From positions 1-64,000 of IMG/VR virus record IMGVR_UViG_2602041664_000001: a stretch of DNA of 64,000 nt. The stretch is one strand, 5' to 3'. This document shows, piece by piece, positions 29,130 through 38,624 of this stretch (the stretch's first letter is position 1; each line of letters starts with the position of its first letter). The position numbers and the translations under genes were made by a program. This DNA comes from a virus. Lineage: Duplodnaviria > Caudoviricetes. The notes beneath the pieces were generated by a model. The model did no database searches. It saw only the letters and a list, made by a program, of their open reading frames with translations, and was not told the origin of the DNA.

Positions 29130-29336
29130 ATGGATATAGATACTTCAAAAGGTCTGTATTATATCGTTGACGCGAATACAGACTATAAGGTTAGAGAAGC
29201 TCTTGGATTAGCAAGAGCAATGGCACAAGATAACTATCCACATCTGATAGGCAATATAGACTTTGCTATCAAGATGTACGATGAGCGAACGAAAACGATA
29301 GCAAGTAGTAATGGAAAGATAACACTTAAAGAATGA
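29130..29336 (+). CDS. Hypothetical protein
   Basis: 68 aa; overlaps the start of the next gene. Confidence 0.5.
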   Translation: MDIDTSKGLYYIVDANTDYKVREALGLARAMAQDNYPHLIGNIDFAIKMYDERTKTIASSNGKITLKE

Positions 29337-30202
29337 AAATATTAGTACAATTTAGCGGAGGCAAGGATAGCCAGGCTTGCCTTATCAAGGCGGTAAATGA
29401 CTATGGCAACGACAAAGTTACAGCAGTGTTCTCAGATACAGGGTGGGAGCACGAAGATACTTACACACATATTCATAATGTTTGCAATCAGTTAAATGTA
29501 GAACTGATTACACTCAAAAGCTGTAAATACAAAGACTTCGTGGATATGTCTATCAAGAAAGGTAGATTTCCATCAACTATGGCAAGGTTCTGCACGTCAG
29601 AACTAAAAAATATTCCAATGATAGATTATATTCTATCGCAAGATGACCATTTTATCATCATTCAAGGTATTAGAGCGAAAGAGAGTAAGGCACGAGCAGG
29701 CTATGATGTGGAGTGTTCATATTTCAAAGAATACTTTAACAATGAAGTGAAAGGGTTGTATCACAAGAAAGCGGTGTTGGAATGGTGCAAGACACACGAT
29801 GCAAGTGTGTTACGACCTATTTTTCACTGGTCAGCACAACAAGTAATAGATTATATCCTTGAAAATGATCAGCGTCCAAACCCTCTATATGAACGAGGCT
29901 TTTCAAGGGTAGGCTGCTTCCCTTGTGTTATGTGTAGACAGCGTGAAGTACAGTTGATTTCAAAAGATGAATGGGCAAGCAACCGATTGATAGAGGCGGA
30001 GCAAAGAATGAAGGATGAAACAGAACTCGGCTCGTCGTTCTTTCCACCTACTTACATACCTAAGCGTTTTTGCGCCAACGGCGAATACCCCACAGTGCAG
30101 GAAGTGTTCAAATATGTAAATCGCAATGATATAGAGCTTGATTTGTTTGAACCAGAGGGAGGGTATAGCTGTATGAGCTTATATCACGGGTTGTGTGAAT
30201 GA
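29333..30202 (+). CDS. PAPS reductase family protein
   Basis: SGGKDS PP-loop, DTGWEH, RFCT..LK, GIRA.ES and NPLY..G..RVGCFPC motifs. Confidence 0.88.
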   Translation: MKILVQFSGGKDSQACLIKAVNDYGNDKVTAVFSDTGWEHEDTYTHIHNVCNQLNVELITLKSCKYKDFVDMSIKKGRFPSTMARFCTSELKNIPMIDYILSQDDHFIIIQGIRAKESKARAGYDVECSYFKEYFNNEVKGLYHKKAVLEWCKTHDASVLRPIFHWSAQQVIDYILENDQRPNPLYERGFSRVGCFPCVMCRQREVQLISKDEWASNRLIEAEQRMKDETELGSSFFPPTYIPKRFCANGEYPTVQEVFKYVNRNDIELDLFEPEGGYSCMSLYHGLCE

Positions 30203-30224
30203 AGTGAAAACTAAGTAATGAGAA

Positions 30225-30278
30225 GTGGCTTTAAGATACTTCTTTTACCAATCAAAGAATAGATAACTTAGATTGAAT
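30225..30278 (+). repeat. 54-bp direct repeat, right copy
   Basis: Duplicates the 3' end of 28229..28936 plus its downstream bases. Confidence 0.85.
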
Positions 30279-30285
30279 TACATAT

Positions 30286-30594
30286 ATGAATAGAAAAGAA
30301 ACAGAGGCATTGCTTGCCGAGAAGAGAAAACAAATATTAGCGTTACAGCAAGAGATGGGACGTATCGGAGAGACTTTTCTTGCAGAGAATAAGCCTTTTG
30401 AAGTGGGTACTCTTTGCGAGTATAATGGTCGTCAGTTCCGTATTGCTGGCTATAATTACTACTTTGAGCCTAATGTCCTTATTAATCCGATGAAGCAGAA
30501 TGGCAAGCCTTCCCGCCTTGTGCGTTACCTCAGAGGTGTTGATTGGGACGACTTGAAAGAGAAGTTGACTGTGATAGGCTTCGCAGAGGATTAG
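30286..30594 (+). CDS. Hypothetical protein
   Basis: 102-aa ORF. Confidence 0.65.
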   Translation: MNRKETEALLAEKRKQILALQQEMGRIGETFLAENKPFEVGTLCEYNGRQFRIAGYNYYFEPNVLINPMKQNGKPSRLVRYLRGVDWDDLKEKLTVIGFAED

Positions 30595-30624
30595 ACTGAT
30601 ATTGTTACATAAGAATAGACGAAT

Positions 30625-30969
30625 ATGAATAGTAAGATAACGCCTGTCTGTATGGCAGAAGAGTATTGGGCAAATAGTCAGTTGTCTGTTGTAAGACATT
30701 TTGGCGAGATAGATTTCAACGGACATCATTATATCATCGTAAACAAAGAGGGTATCAGTGTCCTTGAATTGTCTGACCCAAAGAGCAAGCATTACGCAAA
30801 GGATGGTATGGCTATCCCAGCAGGCGAGCCGTGCGACTTGATACTTGCCGACTTTCAGCCCTATTATCGTTCCTTAGGTCGTGATGCCTTCCTTGAGGTC
30901 TTGAAAGAGAAACCTTCTACGGATCTAAAGACCTTGAAGCGTATCTATAAAGAAAAGATTCGTAAATAA
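30625..30969 (+). CDS. Hypothetical protein
   Basis: 114-aa ORF. Confidence 0.7.
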   Translation: MNSKITPVCMAEEYWANSQLSVVRHFGEIDFNGHHYIIVNKEGISVLELSDPKSKHYAKDGMAIPAGEPCDLILADFQPYYRSLGRDAFLEVLKEKPSTDLKTLKRIYKEKIRK

Positions 30970-31110
30970 ACTATGCGAGCAACAGAACGAAACTATAAGC
31001 AAGCTGCCCTTGCAGTCTTACTGACCTTAAAGAGAGAGTATGACGCTTGTGCTACGCTTGAGGATGTGATAAATGAAATTGAAACAGAACTATTAGGTTA
31101 GGAATTAGCA

Positions 31111-31461
31111 ATGGAGAAACAAGAAATTGAAAAACTGAATGCTGAGTATGTTGAGCATCTAAATACTATGGATGCCTTATGTGAGCGTATGGGAAGGAAG
31201 TTTCTATATATGGATAACTTCTCTATACTTCGCTTTGGGAAAGCCAATATGGTAGAAATATCTGAGGTGCTCTTGTTTAATATGTTGCGGCAAGAAAGTG
31301 TGTTTGAGTTGTTTCGCAAATGTGTTGAGTCTGCTGCAAAGGTAAAGAAAGAGAAACCTGCTTGGCTCCATGAACTGATAGAGAAGGACAATGAAGTTCA
31401 GACACAGTATGTTGTAGATAGTTTGTTGAAGTCTAACGGGATGAAACGAGAAGGGCAGTAA
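31111..31461 (+). CDS. Hypothetical protein
   Basis: 116-aa ORF. Confidence 0.6.
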   Translation: MEKQEIEKLNAEYVEHLNTMDALCERMGRKFLYMDNFSILRFGKANMVEISEVLLFNMLRQESVFELFRKCVESAAKVKKEKPAWLHELIEKDNEVQTQYVVDSLLKSNGMKREGQ

Positions 31462-31472
31462 GTCGACACAGA

Positions 31473-31576
31473 TTGCTATAATAACTCCCTAAAGGGTGAT
31501 ATAGCAAGGCAAAGCGGGTTACTATAGTAACTCTAAGCGTCTTGCTATACTAACCCGAAGTGACTTACTATAGCAA
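31473..31576. repeat. Palindrome array B: 5 x TTRCTATAGYAA-like, 23-bp period
   Basis: Units at 31473, 31496, 31519, 31542, 31565. Confidence 0.8.
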
Positions 31577-31595
31577 CTGAAAACGCTGAAAATTT

Positions 31596-31630
31596 TGTCC
31601 CTATGTATGTTTGTAAATGAACTATCTTTG
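31596..31630 (+). promoter_or_regulatory. TGTCC-N22-TAnnTTTG promoter
   Basis: TGTCC-22 nt-TATCTTTG. Confidence 0.75.
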
Positions 31631-31663
31631 TGATGATAATTCTAATGTTCAACCTTAAAAAGA

Positions 31664-32194
31664 ATGTATATTATGGCAAGAGTCAAATATACCGTAAGGG
31701 AAAACAAAAAGTTAGGTAAGCATAGTTTCTATGCTGTTCCTATTCCTAACGACACTCTGACCTTTGCAGAGCTTTGTCGTGAGGCGTGTGATAACACCTC
31801 TATCGAGCCTTCTATTATGCAGGCGGCAGTGACTGACTTTATGAAAGTCGTTCAGCGCAATGTGCTGAAAGGTTTCCGTTGCAATTTAGGAGACAAGTTC
31901 TTAACAGTCTATCCTAACCTTCAGTGTTCGGTAAAAGACACCGACAAGGTTACGGCTACGGCTAAGATGGTCAACGCTGCCAATGGCAGAAGCCGTTTAG
32001 GTTGCACGGTGAGCATCAAGTTCAGTCAGCAGTTTGCCGCAGAGGTGAGCTGGCAGAAGGTGGACAACCGTGGCGTTGCTATCGAGGAAGACAACATAGT
32101 CGAGGAGGGCAAGGAACATCAGCCGGGCGGTAAGCCTGGTGGTGGTGGTGCGGGAGTTAATCCGCCTTTGCCTGGAGGAACGGTAGAGGGATAA
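31664..32194 (+). CDS. Second Bacteroidetes HU-like DNA-binding protein
   Basis: LTFAELCREA...VLKGFRCNLG, Gly-rich tail; paralog of 19908..20312. Confidence 0.8.
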   Translation: MYIMARVKYTVRENKKLGKHSFYAVPIPNDTLTFAELCREACDNTSIEPSIMQAAVTDFMKVVQRNVLKGFRCNLGDKFLTVYPNLQCSVKDTDKVTATAKMVNAANGRSRLGCTVSIKFSQQFAAEVSWQKVDNRGVAIEEDNIVEEGKEHQPGGKPGGGGAGVNPPLPGGTVEG

Positions 32195-32240
32195 TAGCTG
32201 GCATTTCTTTTATAGTTTTATAGTTATTATAATCTTCGTT

Positions 32241-32312
32241 AAGGTCGGTCTGCGTAAGATTCTTTATCTTGCATACTGAAACTTGCCTAAGCGGACTGAC
32301 CTTTTTCTTTTT
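32241..32312 (+). terminator. Long stem with branched loop and T tract
   Basis: AAGGTCGGTCTGC pairs with GCGGACTGACCTT, followed by TTTCTTTTT. Confidence 0.55.
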
Positions 32313-32313
32313 C

Positions 32314-32406
32314 GCCCGTGCGACTGCCACGCGGATAGGCAGAGGAAATAAGGCTATGATTGCCGAAAGCTGAGGACAAAGTGCGGTTCGACTCCGTACA
32401 TGGGCA
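32314..32406 (+). ncRNA. tRNA-like RNA (acceptor stem and T-arm, non-canonical centre)
   Basis: GCCCGTG/CATGGGC-A acceptor stem; TGCGG-TTCGACT-CCGTA T-arm; CTGCC/GGCAG hairpin; no canonical anticodon arm. Confidence 0.55.
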
Positions 32407-32436
32407 CAAGTAGTAATTGAGAAAGTAAAGGAAAGT

Positions 32437-32658
32437 ATGAGTAAAGTCGTGAGAATAATCGGACGTGGATTTATGATGGCATTCGTAACTATCTATATCG
32501 TGGTTGCTTATGTTCTGTATGTGCTATACGCTTTTTTTCGTGCACTGGCAGATTTAGACGAGTTTGGTGATTTCGTGAGAGATACGACAACTTTGCTTTT
32601 AACACCATTGAAGGTATTCTTTAAGATGCGTTCAAAATCACGAAGAGAAAAGCTATGA
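32437..32658 (+). CDS. Small membrane protein
   Basis: 73 aa with one hydrophobic segment. Confidence 0.55.
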   Translation: MSKVVRIIGRGFMMAFVTIYIVVAYVLYVLYAFFRALADLDEFGDFVRDTTTLLLTPLKVFFKMRSKSRREKL

Positions 32659-32894
32659 GCAAGGCAAATACTTACATACAACGTGCGGCAGACTTCCTGC
32701 GCACTATAGACAACGATAGCGATACACAGGCAGACCTGCGTAAGAAACAAGAGCTTCGTTGGCACGACCTTCAGGTACTTCGTAGATATGAAGCCTATCG
32801 ACGTGGATCAGGTTCAATTGAAGATTGTCCGCCTCCGAAGGTTGTTACTGCCTCAATTGAAAGGGCTATCAGAGAACTGAAAAGTCATTTTTAA
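32655..32894 (+). CDS. Hypothetical protein
   Basis: 79 aa; ATGA overlap with previous gene. Confidence 0.6.
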   Translation: MSKANTYIQRAADFLRTIDNDSDTQADLRKKQELRWHDLQVLRRYEAYRRGSGSIEDCPPPKVVTASIERAIRELKSHF

Positions 32895-32960
32895 GAGTAG
32901 TTGCCCTATCGTTACATAAGCACTCTTATGATAAATAAACCCTAAACCATATATAAACAA

Positions 32961-33389
32961 ATGAGTAAAAAAAACAAAGCAAAAGAGACTTCTCCAACTG
33001 CTGCCCCACAGAAGAAGGTAGACAGCAGAGTAGAACACCCAAGTTACTATAACGCTCACCCATCAGGTGTAGAGTGCATTGCCATTGTTCGACATTATAA
33101 CTTCAATGTTGGCAACGTAATTAAGTACCTTTGGCGACATGGCTTAAAGCGTGAAGAAGGTATGAACAATAAGGCAAAAGCACTGGAGGACTTGCGTAAG
33201 GCACGTTTCTATCTTGATGATGAGATTAAGAGATTGGAGCGTGAAGCAGTTAAGGAAGACAGAGAACTTTGTCGTAAACATATTCAAAGTTATGTCATCC
33301 CGTTCAGTGATATTGTTTCTGCTTCTCGTATTCTTCGTGAACTTCTCAATACTGAGGGTAAGGCTGAAAGCAAGAAAGGAGGCCGCTAA
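32961..33389 (+). CDS. DUF3310 (SaV-like) protein
   Basis: VEHPSYY, ECI, GNVIKYLWR and EDLRKARFYL motifs. Confidence 0.85.
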   Translation: MSKKNKAKETSPTAAPQKKVDSRVEHPSYYNAHPSGVECIAIVRHYNFNVGNVIKYLWRHGLKREEGMNNKAKALEDLRKARFYLDDEIKRLEREAVKEDRELCRKHIQSYVIPFSDIVSASRILRELLNTEGKAESKKGGR

Positions 33390-34072
33390 TGTCAGCACAG
33401 AAGAAGAAAGTTAACTCTCGTGAGATAGCAAAGACCTTTATGAGTCCGACTGTTCACGCCTTTACGCTTGACAATCTTAAAGGTGAAGAGTATGGTGATG
33501 TGCTTGATATGCTCTTCCACGAAAAAGAATGGACAGAACGTATCGAAAAACGCAACCGCCTCTATCATGGTATAGATCGTATGCCAGAGCAGAACCGTCC
33601 GGCTGCTATTCGTGCCTTGAAAGATGCTGATACTTGGCTGGGCAATCGTTTGTTGCAGACGTTGGTGATGAAGTCGGTTCATGTAGGGACGATAGAACAT
33701 AAGCCATTGAAGGAGTATTACGCTGAACTGCCTAAGGACAAGGAATCAATGGCAAAGCAAGATAAAATCTCCTTCCTCTTGAACGCTACCGTCTTTCTAT
33801 GCGATATTATCGAAAGTAAGATTAAGGACGTAAACACCTTGCTCCGTGAGTTGTTCAACGATGACTCTATGGGCTTTGAACAGATGGACGGTGTGCTGAT
33901 AGCCCTTAAGCAGATGAGTGATTTCTTTGAAGCTACGCGTGATAAAGCTTCAACAGCAGAGAAGGAAATCTTTGCCGACTATGCAGAAAGTATAGAGAAG
34001 TATATGGACGGCCGTATGAAGACTTATCTCGAACGTATTAAGAAGATACGCTTGGAGAATAGTAAGAAGTAA
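33389..34072 (+). CDS. Hypothetical protein
   Basis: 227-aa ORF. Confidence 0.75.
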   Translation: MSAQKKKVNSREIAKTFMSPTVHAFTLDNLKGEEYGDVLDMLFHEKEWTERIEKRNRLYHGIDRMPEQNRPAAIRALKDADTWLGNRLLQTLVMKSVHVGTIEHKPLKEYYAELPKDKESMAKQDKISFLLNATVFLCDIIESKIKDVNTLLRELFNDDSMGFEQMDGVLIALKQMSDFFEATRDKASTAEKEIFADYAESIEKYMDGRMKTYLERIKKIRLENSKK

Positions 34073-34077
34073 GGACT

Positions 34078-34791
34078 ATGGCGAATATCTATCTGCAAGT
34101 GCAGTCTTACGTAGCGGCTTATTACCGCAATCGTGATGATAATAACGTTTTAGGAGTGAACGACCCTGTTAAGTTCTGCTCTTTCTCGCAAGAGCAATTC
34201 GTTCTGCAATCCTCCTTGGTACCGCTCAGCGCACAGTTGCAAGCGCACTCGAGATGCTATTCAGCAAGCGTGTGGAACACAATGCTTACAGGTAAGTCGC
34301 CTATTACGGGCAACTTACTTGTTAAGCGCGACCGCCACGATTGGCTTACCTACAGCGAGGTTTGTACTATGATGAGTACACGCTACTTGCCGCAGAAGGA
34401 TAATTGTGATTACCTTTGTATTGCTATCCCTGACACGGTAATGATAGGCAATACACAGCACAGGACGACAGCACTCTTTGCGCTTGATCATACGGCCTCC
34501 TTCCAGTTGCAACGTCTACTTCATGACGAATTTGTACGCGCTTTGCTTACTTGGTATCAGTCGGATTTAGAGTTTTGTGCTGAGAAAGGTATATCACGCT
34601 CACGCATTGAGATGCTTGAACGCTTCATGCTTCACTATGACATCCCTGTCGGACCGTCTAAGATAGAGCGTGATAGTTTGCGTAGATTGCTGAACCGTTG
34701 GCTATCCCAGTCGTTGTCGCCTTCCTTTGCTCGTGTGTCTGTAAACAATACGGATATAACCCGACTTAATGGGAAAGAGGAACTAACTTAA
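34078..34791 (+). CDS. Hypothetical protein, possible transcription regulator
   Basis: 237 aa; C-terminal ERFMLHYDI...DSLRR..RW HTH-like segment; lies just before the head genes. Confidence 0.5.
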   Translation: MANIYLQVQSYVAAYYRNRDDNNVLGVNDPVKFCSFSQEQFVLQSSLVPLSAQLQAHSRCYSASVWNTMLTGKSPITGNLLVKRDRHDWLTYSEVCTMMSTRYLPQKDNCDYLCIAIPDTVMIGNTQHRTTALFALDHTASFQLQRLLHDEFVRALLTWYQSDLEFCAEKGISRSRIEMLERFMLHYDIPVGPSKIERDSLRRLLNRWLSQSLSPSFARVSVNNTDITRLNGKEELT

Positions 34792-34928
34792 TAGCTTTCT
34801 TGTGTTGTTTCCTTATGTTAAATCTATTCTAAATGAATGTTAAATAATTTAATCAAATAAGCTATCTTTTTAACGCTGATTTGTTTTCGTGTTTTTTGAT
34901 AGTATTTTGACTTATAATCTCTTAAAAT

Positions 34929-35405
34929 ATGGATAGTAGTTTGTCTTGTAAGGAGTTGTTCCTTGATGATATAGTTAAGTTGGAAATCTTTCCCGCTGAT
35001 CAGTGTCGCTTTCTTCTACCAGCTAATCTTGCTTTGTCGGAGATGTCGGGTGCGGTCTTTAGTGAACATTGTCTGACGATTGACTTAACGGGTGAAGCTG
35101 ATGTACAGGCGGCTGATGTTCCTACGTTGAAGATTAGCACTGCTCGTTCTATGGCAGGACTGACTTATATACACGATTTGCAGGTGTCGGTTCAGTTCGG
35201 TGCGCCTCTTGTTTCAGCGGCTATCGTGTATCTGAAAAACGCTGATTTCCACGTAGTTTACACGAAAGCCGACGGTACTCGGTGGTTGTCTTATTCGTTG
35301 TGGAATACGTCTTTGATTGACTTTGACGATACCCACGCTACGGCTCGTGCTTGTCAGTTGAAAGTGAAACTGACATCTATGAGTGACTTGATACAGTTGA
35401 AATAA
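34929..35405 (+). CDS. Hypothetical protein
   Basis: 158-aa ORF preceding the head protease. Confidence 0.65.
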   Translation: MDSSLSCKELFLDDIVKLEIFPADQCRFLLPANLALSEMSGAVFSEHCLTIDLTGEADVQAADVPTLKISTARSMAGLTYIHDLQVSVQFGAPLVSAAIVYLKNADFHVVYTKADGTRWLSYSLWNTSLIDFDDTHATARACQLKVKLTSMSDLIQLK

Positions 35406-35545
35406 GTTCGTTCTATATAATATAAGGTATAGTTAGTGTTTTTGCAGGCCATAAAAACATTTGGCGTGTTTTGACAAGGTAGATAGATTTGTTCTTGGAT
35501 AACATTCTTTTTGTCTTGAATGACAGAAGAAAACCTTGTTCGTTT

Positions 35546-35579
35546 GCCTTGGAGCTCGTGAGAGTTCCAAGGCTTTTTT
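35546..35579 (+). terminator. Rho-independent terminator
   Basis: GCCTTGGAGCTC-GTGA-GAGTTCCAAGGC-TTTTTT. Confidence 0.8.
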
Positions 35580-35622
35580 GTTTGTAAATGTTGCCCAAAA
35601 ATGTCAAATACGCTTATAAATA

Positions 35623-35657
35623 AGTCCTTACTTCGTCTTTTTGCCTTCATACATTTG
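35623..35657 (+). promoter_or_regulatory. AGTCC-N22-TAnnTTTG promoter variant
   Basis: AGTCC-22 nt-TACATTTG upstream of the head operon. Confidence 0.7.
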
Positions 35658-35685
35658 CACTATACAATTTTATTAACCAAACTGT

Positions 35686-37227
35686 ATGAACGGATTACTT
35701 GAAATATTAACGACACGCAAATGGATGATCTCACCAGAGTTTGTTCATTCTATTCGTGAAGTTGTTGAGCGTAATATGAATGGACATGCTTCCCTTAGTT
35801 TAGGTGTTAAGTCTATGGGATACACTGCTGCTGTTGGTAGTAATGGTATTGTTGAGTATGCAACTGATGAAGAAGGTGTTGGTGCTTGGGAGCCTAAGAA
35901 TATGACTAAGCCCTTCTTTAATGTCGTTTCCGTTGACGGTCCTATTACACGTAATGGCGGTGCTTGTAGCTATGGCTCTATTGAATTTCGTGATATGGTT
36001 TTCGAGGCAGCTAACAATCCTTTGTGCCTCGGTCATCTCTTTGTTATCAATACGCCTGGCGGTTCAGCTTGGGCAAAGAACGACTTTCAGCAGGCTATTG
36101 ATTATGCACATGACAGGAACCAGCCTGTATTGGCTTTTGTAGATGGAATGTGTTGCTCGGCTGGTATGTATCTCGCTGCTTTGTGTGACGAACGCTATTA
36201 CATGCACCCAAAGGATGAAATTGGTTGTATTGGTGTAATGGCTGCTTTCTACACACAGAAAGACGGTAGCAAGAACGAATATACAAACGAGACCTACCAC
36301 GAACTCTATGACCCAGAGTCTTTTGAAAAGAACAAGTGGGTTCGTGATGTCGCTAATGACGATAAGACTGACTTACTTGTTGCTGACCTTGCTGCCTTAG
36401 GCGTTGAGTTTCGTGCAGACGTAAAGGCTAACTGTCCTAATGCGACTGACGAGCATTTACACGGTAAAATCTTTGCCGCTGAAGACGTTAAGGGCATCCT
36501 TATGGACGGTCAGAGTACAGTGCTTGGCTGTTTCCAAAGAATTAAGTTGTTGGCTAAGCAACGTGGAAATAAAGCCTCTGAATCTTTGAGTGAACAATCA
36601 AAATCAAATTTGAATATGGATAAGAAGTATCAGAACATTGCTACTGCGTGTGGCGTGAACGAGTTGGTTATTACAGAGGAAGGTACACATCTCGACCTCT
36701 CTTTGTGCGATAAGCTCGCTGAGACGCTTGGTCAGGCTGAGGAAACTAAGACAGCTCTTGACAAGGCGAACGAGACTATTAAGGGTTTGGAACAGCAGTT
36801 AGAGGAAACGAAAGCGGCATCCGAACAGGAGAGAAACAACGACTTTAAAGGTCTGAAGAAAGAGCAGGAGGCAGCTATTGCGGCTCTTACCGAGGCTAAC
36901 GAGAAGGCTATGGCAGAGGCAAAGGCTGAATCTGACAAGGCTATCGAGGCTTTGAAGAGTGAACTTGATGCTGCTAAGACTACTCTGAAAGAGGCTGAGC
37001 AGAAGATTGCTGACCGTGACGAGCAGATTCAGACTTTGACAGCAGCCCCTGCTGAGACTGAGGGCGAGGAAAGTCCTGCTTCTAATGGTACTGGTGCTGA
37101 GCAGTCACACTTGGTAACTGGCGTTCCTCAGTATGACCCAACAAAGTCACCATCAGAGAACAGACGTGCAATGGAAGAGTACGAGCGTAAGTTGCAGGCA
37201 ACTATTGGCTCTAAAACCTCAATCTAA
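35686..37227 (+). CDS. S49 family prohead protease fused to coiled-coil scaffold
   Basis: INTPGG, GMCCSAGMY and IGCIGV motifs; Ala/Glu coiled-coil C-terminus. Confidence 0.88.
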   Translation: MNGLLEILTTRKWMISPEFVHSIREVVERNMNGHASLSLGVKSMGYTAAVGSNGIVEYATDEEGVGAWEPKNMTKPFFNVVSVDGPITRNGGACSYGSIEFRDMVFEAANNPLCLGHLFVINTPGGSAWAKNDFQQAIDYAHDRNQPVLAFVDGMCCSAGMYLAALCDERYYMHPKDEIGCIGVMAAFYTQKDGSKNEYTNETYHELYDPESFEKNKWVRDVANDDKTDLLVADLAALGVEFRADVKANCPNATDEHLHGKIFAAEDVKGILMDGQSTVLGCFQRIKLLAKQRGNKASESLSEQSKSNLNMDKKYQNIATACGVNELVITEEGTHLDLSLCDKLAETLGQAEETKTALDKANETIKGLEQQLEETKAASEQERNNDFKGLKKEQEAAIAALTEANEKAMAEAKAESDKAIEALKSELDAAKTTLKEAEQKIADRDEQIQTLTAAPAETEGEESPASNGTGAEQSHLVTGVPQYDPTKSPSENRRAMEEYERKLQATIGSKTSI

Positions 37228-37273
37228 GGTGTTCTTCCCATAAAAAGTATTCATTCAATAAACTTATAAAGAT

Positions 37274-38548
37274 ATGGCAAAAGCAGAATTTATTGGTCTT
37301 CACGCACTGACTCACATTGCTGATCAGTTCGCACCACAGATTATCATGGGTGCAAGCTACTTCCGTCCTGAAGAGATGGACCGCCTGCACATTAAGGTGA
37401 TTTCTGGTATTCAGTTCCGCAACACTGCAACGGTGATGGCTCGTAAGGGCGGTACCACTCGACGCAAAGTTGTTGGCAAAAAGGTTGATAATCCTATTGG
37501 CTTCTTGAAGGAGCGTGTTCTTACAGCTAAGCTGACTATGAACCGCTTCAGCGACAATCAGGATAACTATGTTGAGACACCTTACCAAGTGGAAGGTAGT
37601 TCAGACTACAGCTATCCTATGTCAGAAGCAGCATTCAAGGCTATCACCGCTACCTATGGTGAAGACTTGTTTGCAAACCTCTTCCATGGCGATCTTGCCA
37701 ATGATGAGAACGGAGAGAAGGGTGCTCTTTCTTTGTTCGACGGCTTCCTGACTTGCATTAAGCATGATGTCGAGGATGGTCTTATCAGTGAAGCAATGGG
37801 TAACCTTGTTAACTGTGATGCTATTACTGCTCCTACTTCATCTACTGACACCGCAGCTTGGGACGCTTTTTGTGCATGGCAACAGAAGTGGAATGGCTCA
37901 TTGAAGAACCAGCTCAAGGTCATTGTTTACTGCTCTACTAAGACAGGAACGGCTTTAGCGAGAGCATACGCTAACGTTTGGCACGGCAATCAAGGTGTAA
38001 GATACCTTCAGGTGAACGGTATCGAAACTTACAACTTTACCGTACCAGAGTACCCTAACATCGAGTTCGCTCCATCGGATATTTATGGTGAAGGTGACAA
38101 GTTGATTGCTACCACCCCAGAAAACTTCCAGTATGGTGTAAACAGCGAAGACAGTCGAAGCAAAATCTCTGTCAAGTTGGGTAGCGACACTGATAACCTC
38201 GATATTACCTTCCAGGTAGAGAGTATTCAGGGAGCTCGTCTCCTTAATCCGTTTGCTTCTGCGTTCTGTATGAGTAACGGTACTCTTGTTGAGAAGGTTG
38301 TTCTTGGTGACTTCACTCGTGCTATTTTCGCTGTTTCTGCGAATGACGACGCACTTGGTACTGTAACGGTCAATAGTGCTGCACCAGATCCTAAGAAGGA
38401 CTACGCTGCTAACGAAACACTTACTTTGAAGGCAACTCCAAAGGGAAGTAATAAGTTCGTTAAATGGAGCAACGGTAAGACTACTCCAGAAATCACCGTT
38501 GTAACAACTGGTTATCCAGACGCTATTGTTGCGCTTTTCTCTAAGTAA
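37274..38548 (+). CDS. Major capsid protein with C-terminal Ig/InlB-B-like domain
   Basis: Follows protease; LFDGF motif; C-terminal GTVTV...TLTLKATP...FVKWSNG. Confidence 0.7.
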   Translation: MAKAEFIGLHALTHIADQFAPQIIMGASYFRPEEMDRLHIKVISGIQFRNTATVMARKGGTTRRKVVGKKVDNPIGFLKERVLTAKLTMNRFSDNQDNYVETPYQVEGSSDYSYPMSEAAFKAITATYGEDLFANLFHGDLANDENGEKGALSLFDGFLTCIKHDVEDGLISEAMGNLVNCDAITAPTSSTDTAAWDAFCAWQQKWNGSLKNQLKVIVYCSTKTGTALARAYANVWHGNQGVRYLQVNGIETYNFTVPEYPNIEFAPSDIYGEGDKLIATTPENFQYGVNSEDSRSKISVKLGSDTDNLDITFQVESIQGARLLNPFASAFCMSNGTLVEKVVLGDFTRAIFAVSANDDALGTVTVNSAAPDPKKDYAANETLTLKATPKGSNKFVKWSNGKTTPEITVVTTGYPDAIVALFSK

Positions 38549-38556
38549 TAATTATT

Positions 38557-38596
38557 AAGTCTATCGGCAGAGGACTTTTCTCTGCCGAAGACTTTT
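38557..38596 (+). terminator. Hairpin after capsid gene
   Basis: TCGGCAGAG...CTCTGCCGA inverted repeat. Confidence 0.6.
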
Positions 38597-38624
38597 AGTA
38601 ATAAAGAAATAAAAGATTATATAT

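Noticed and set aside
29333-30202. Dnd/Ssp phosphorothioation system
   Set aside because: Only a lone PAPS-reductase-family gene; no DndA/B/D/E or Ssp partners are recognisable
32314-32406. Canonical tRNA-Ser(TGA)
   Set aside because: Anticodon stem is only 3 bp with a non-canonical loop and D-arm; reported as tRNA-like instead
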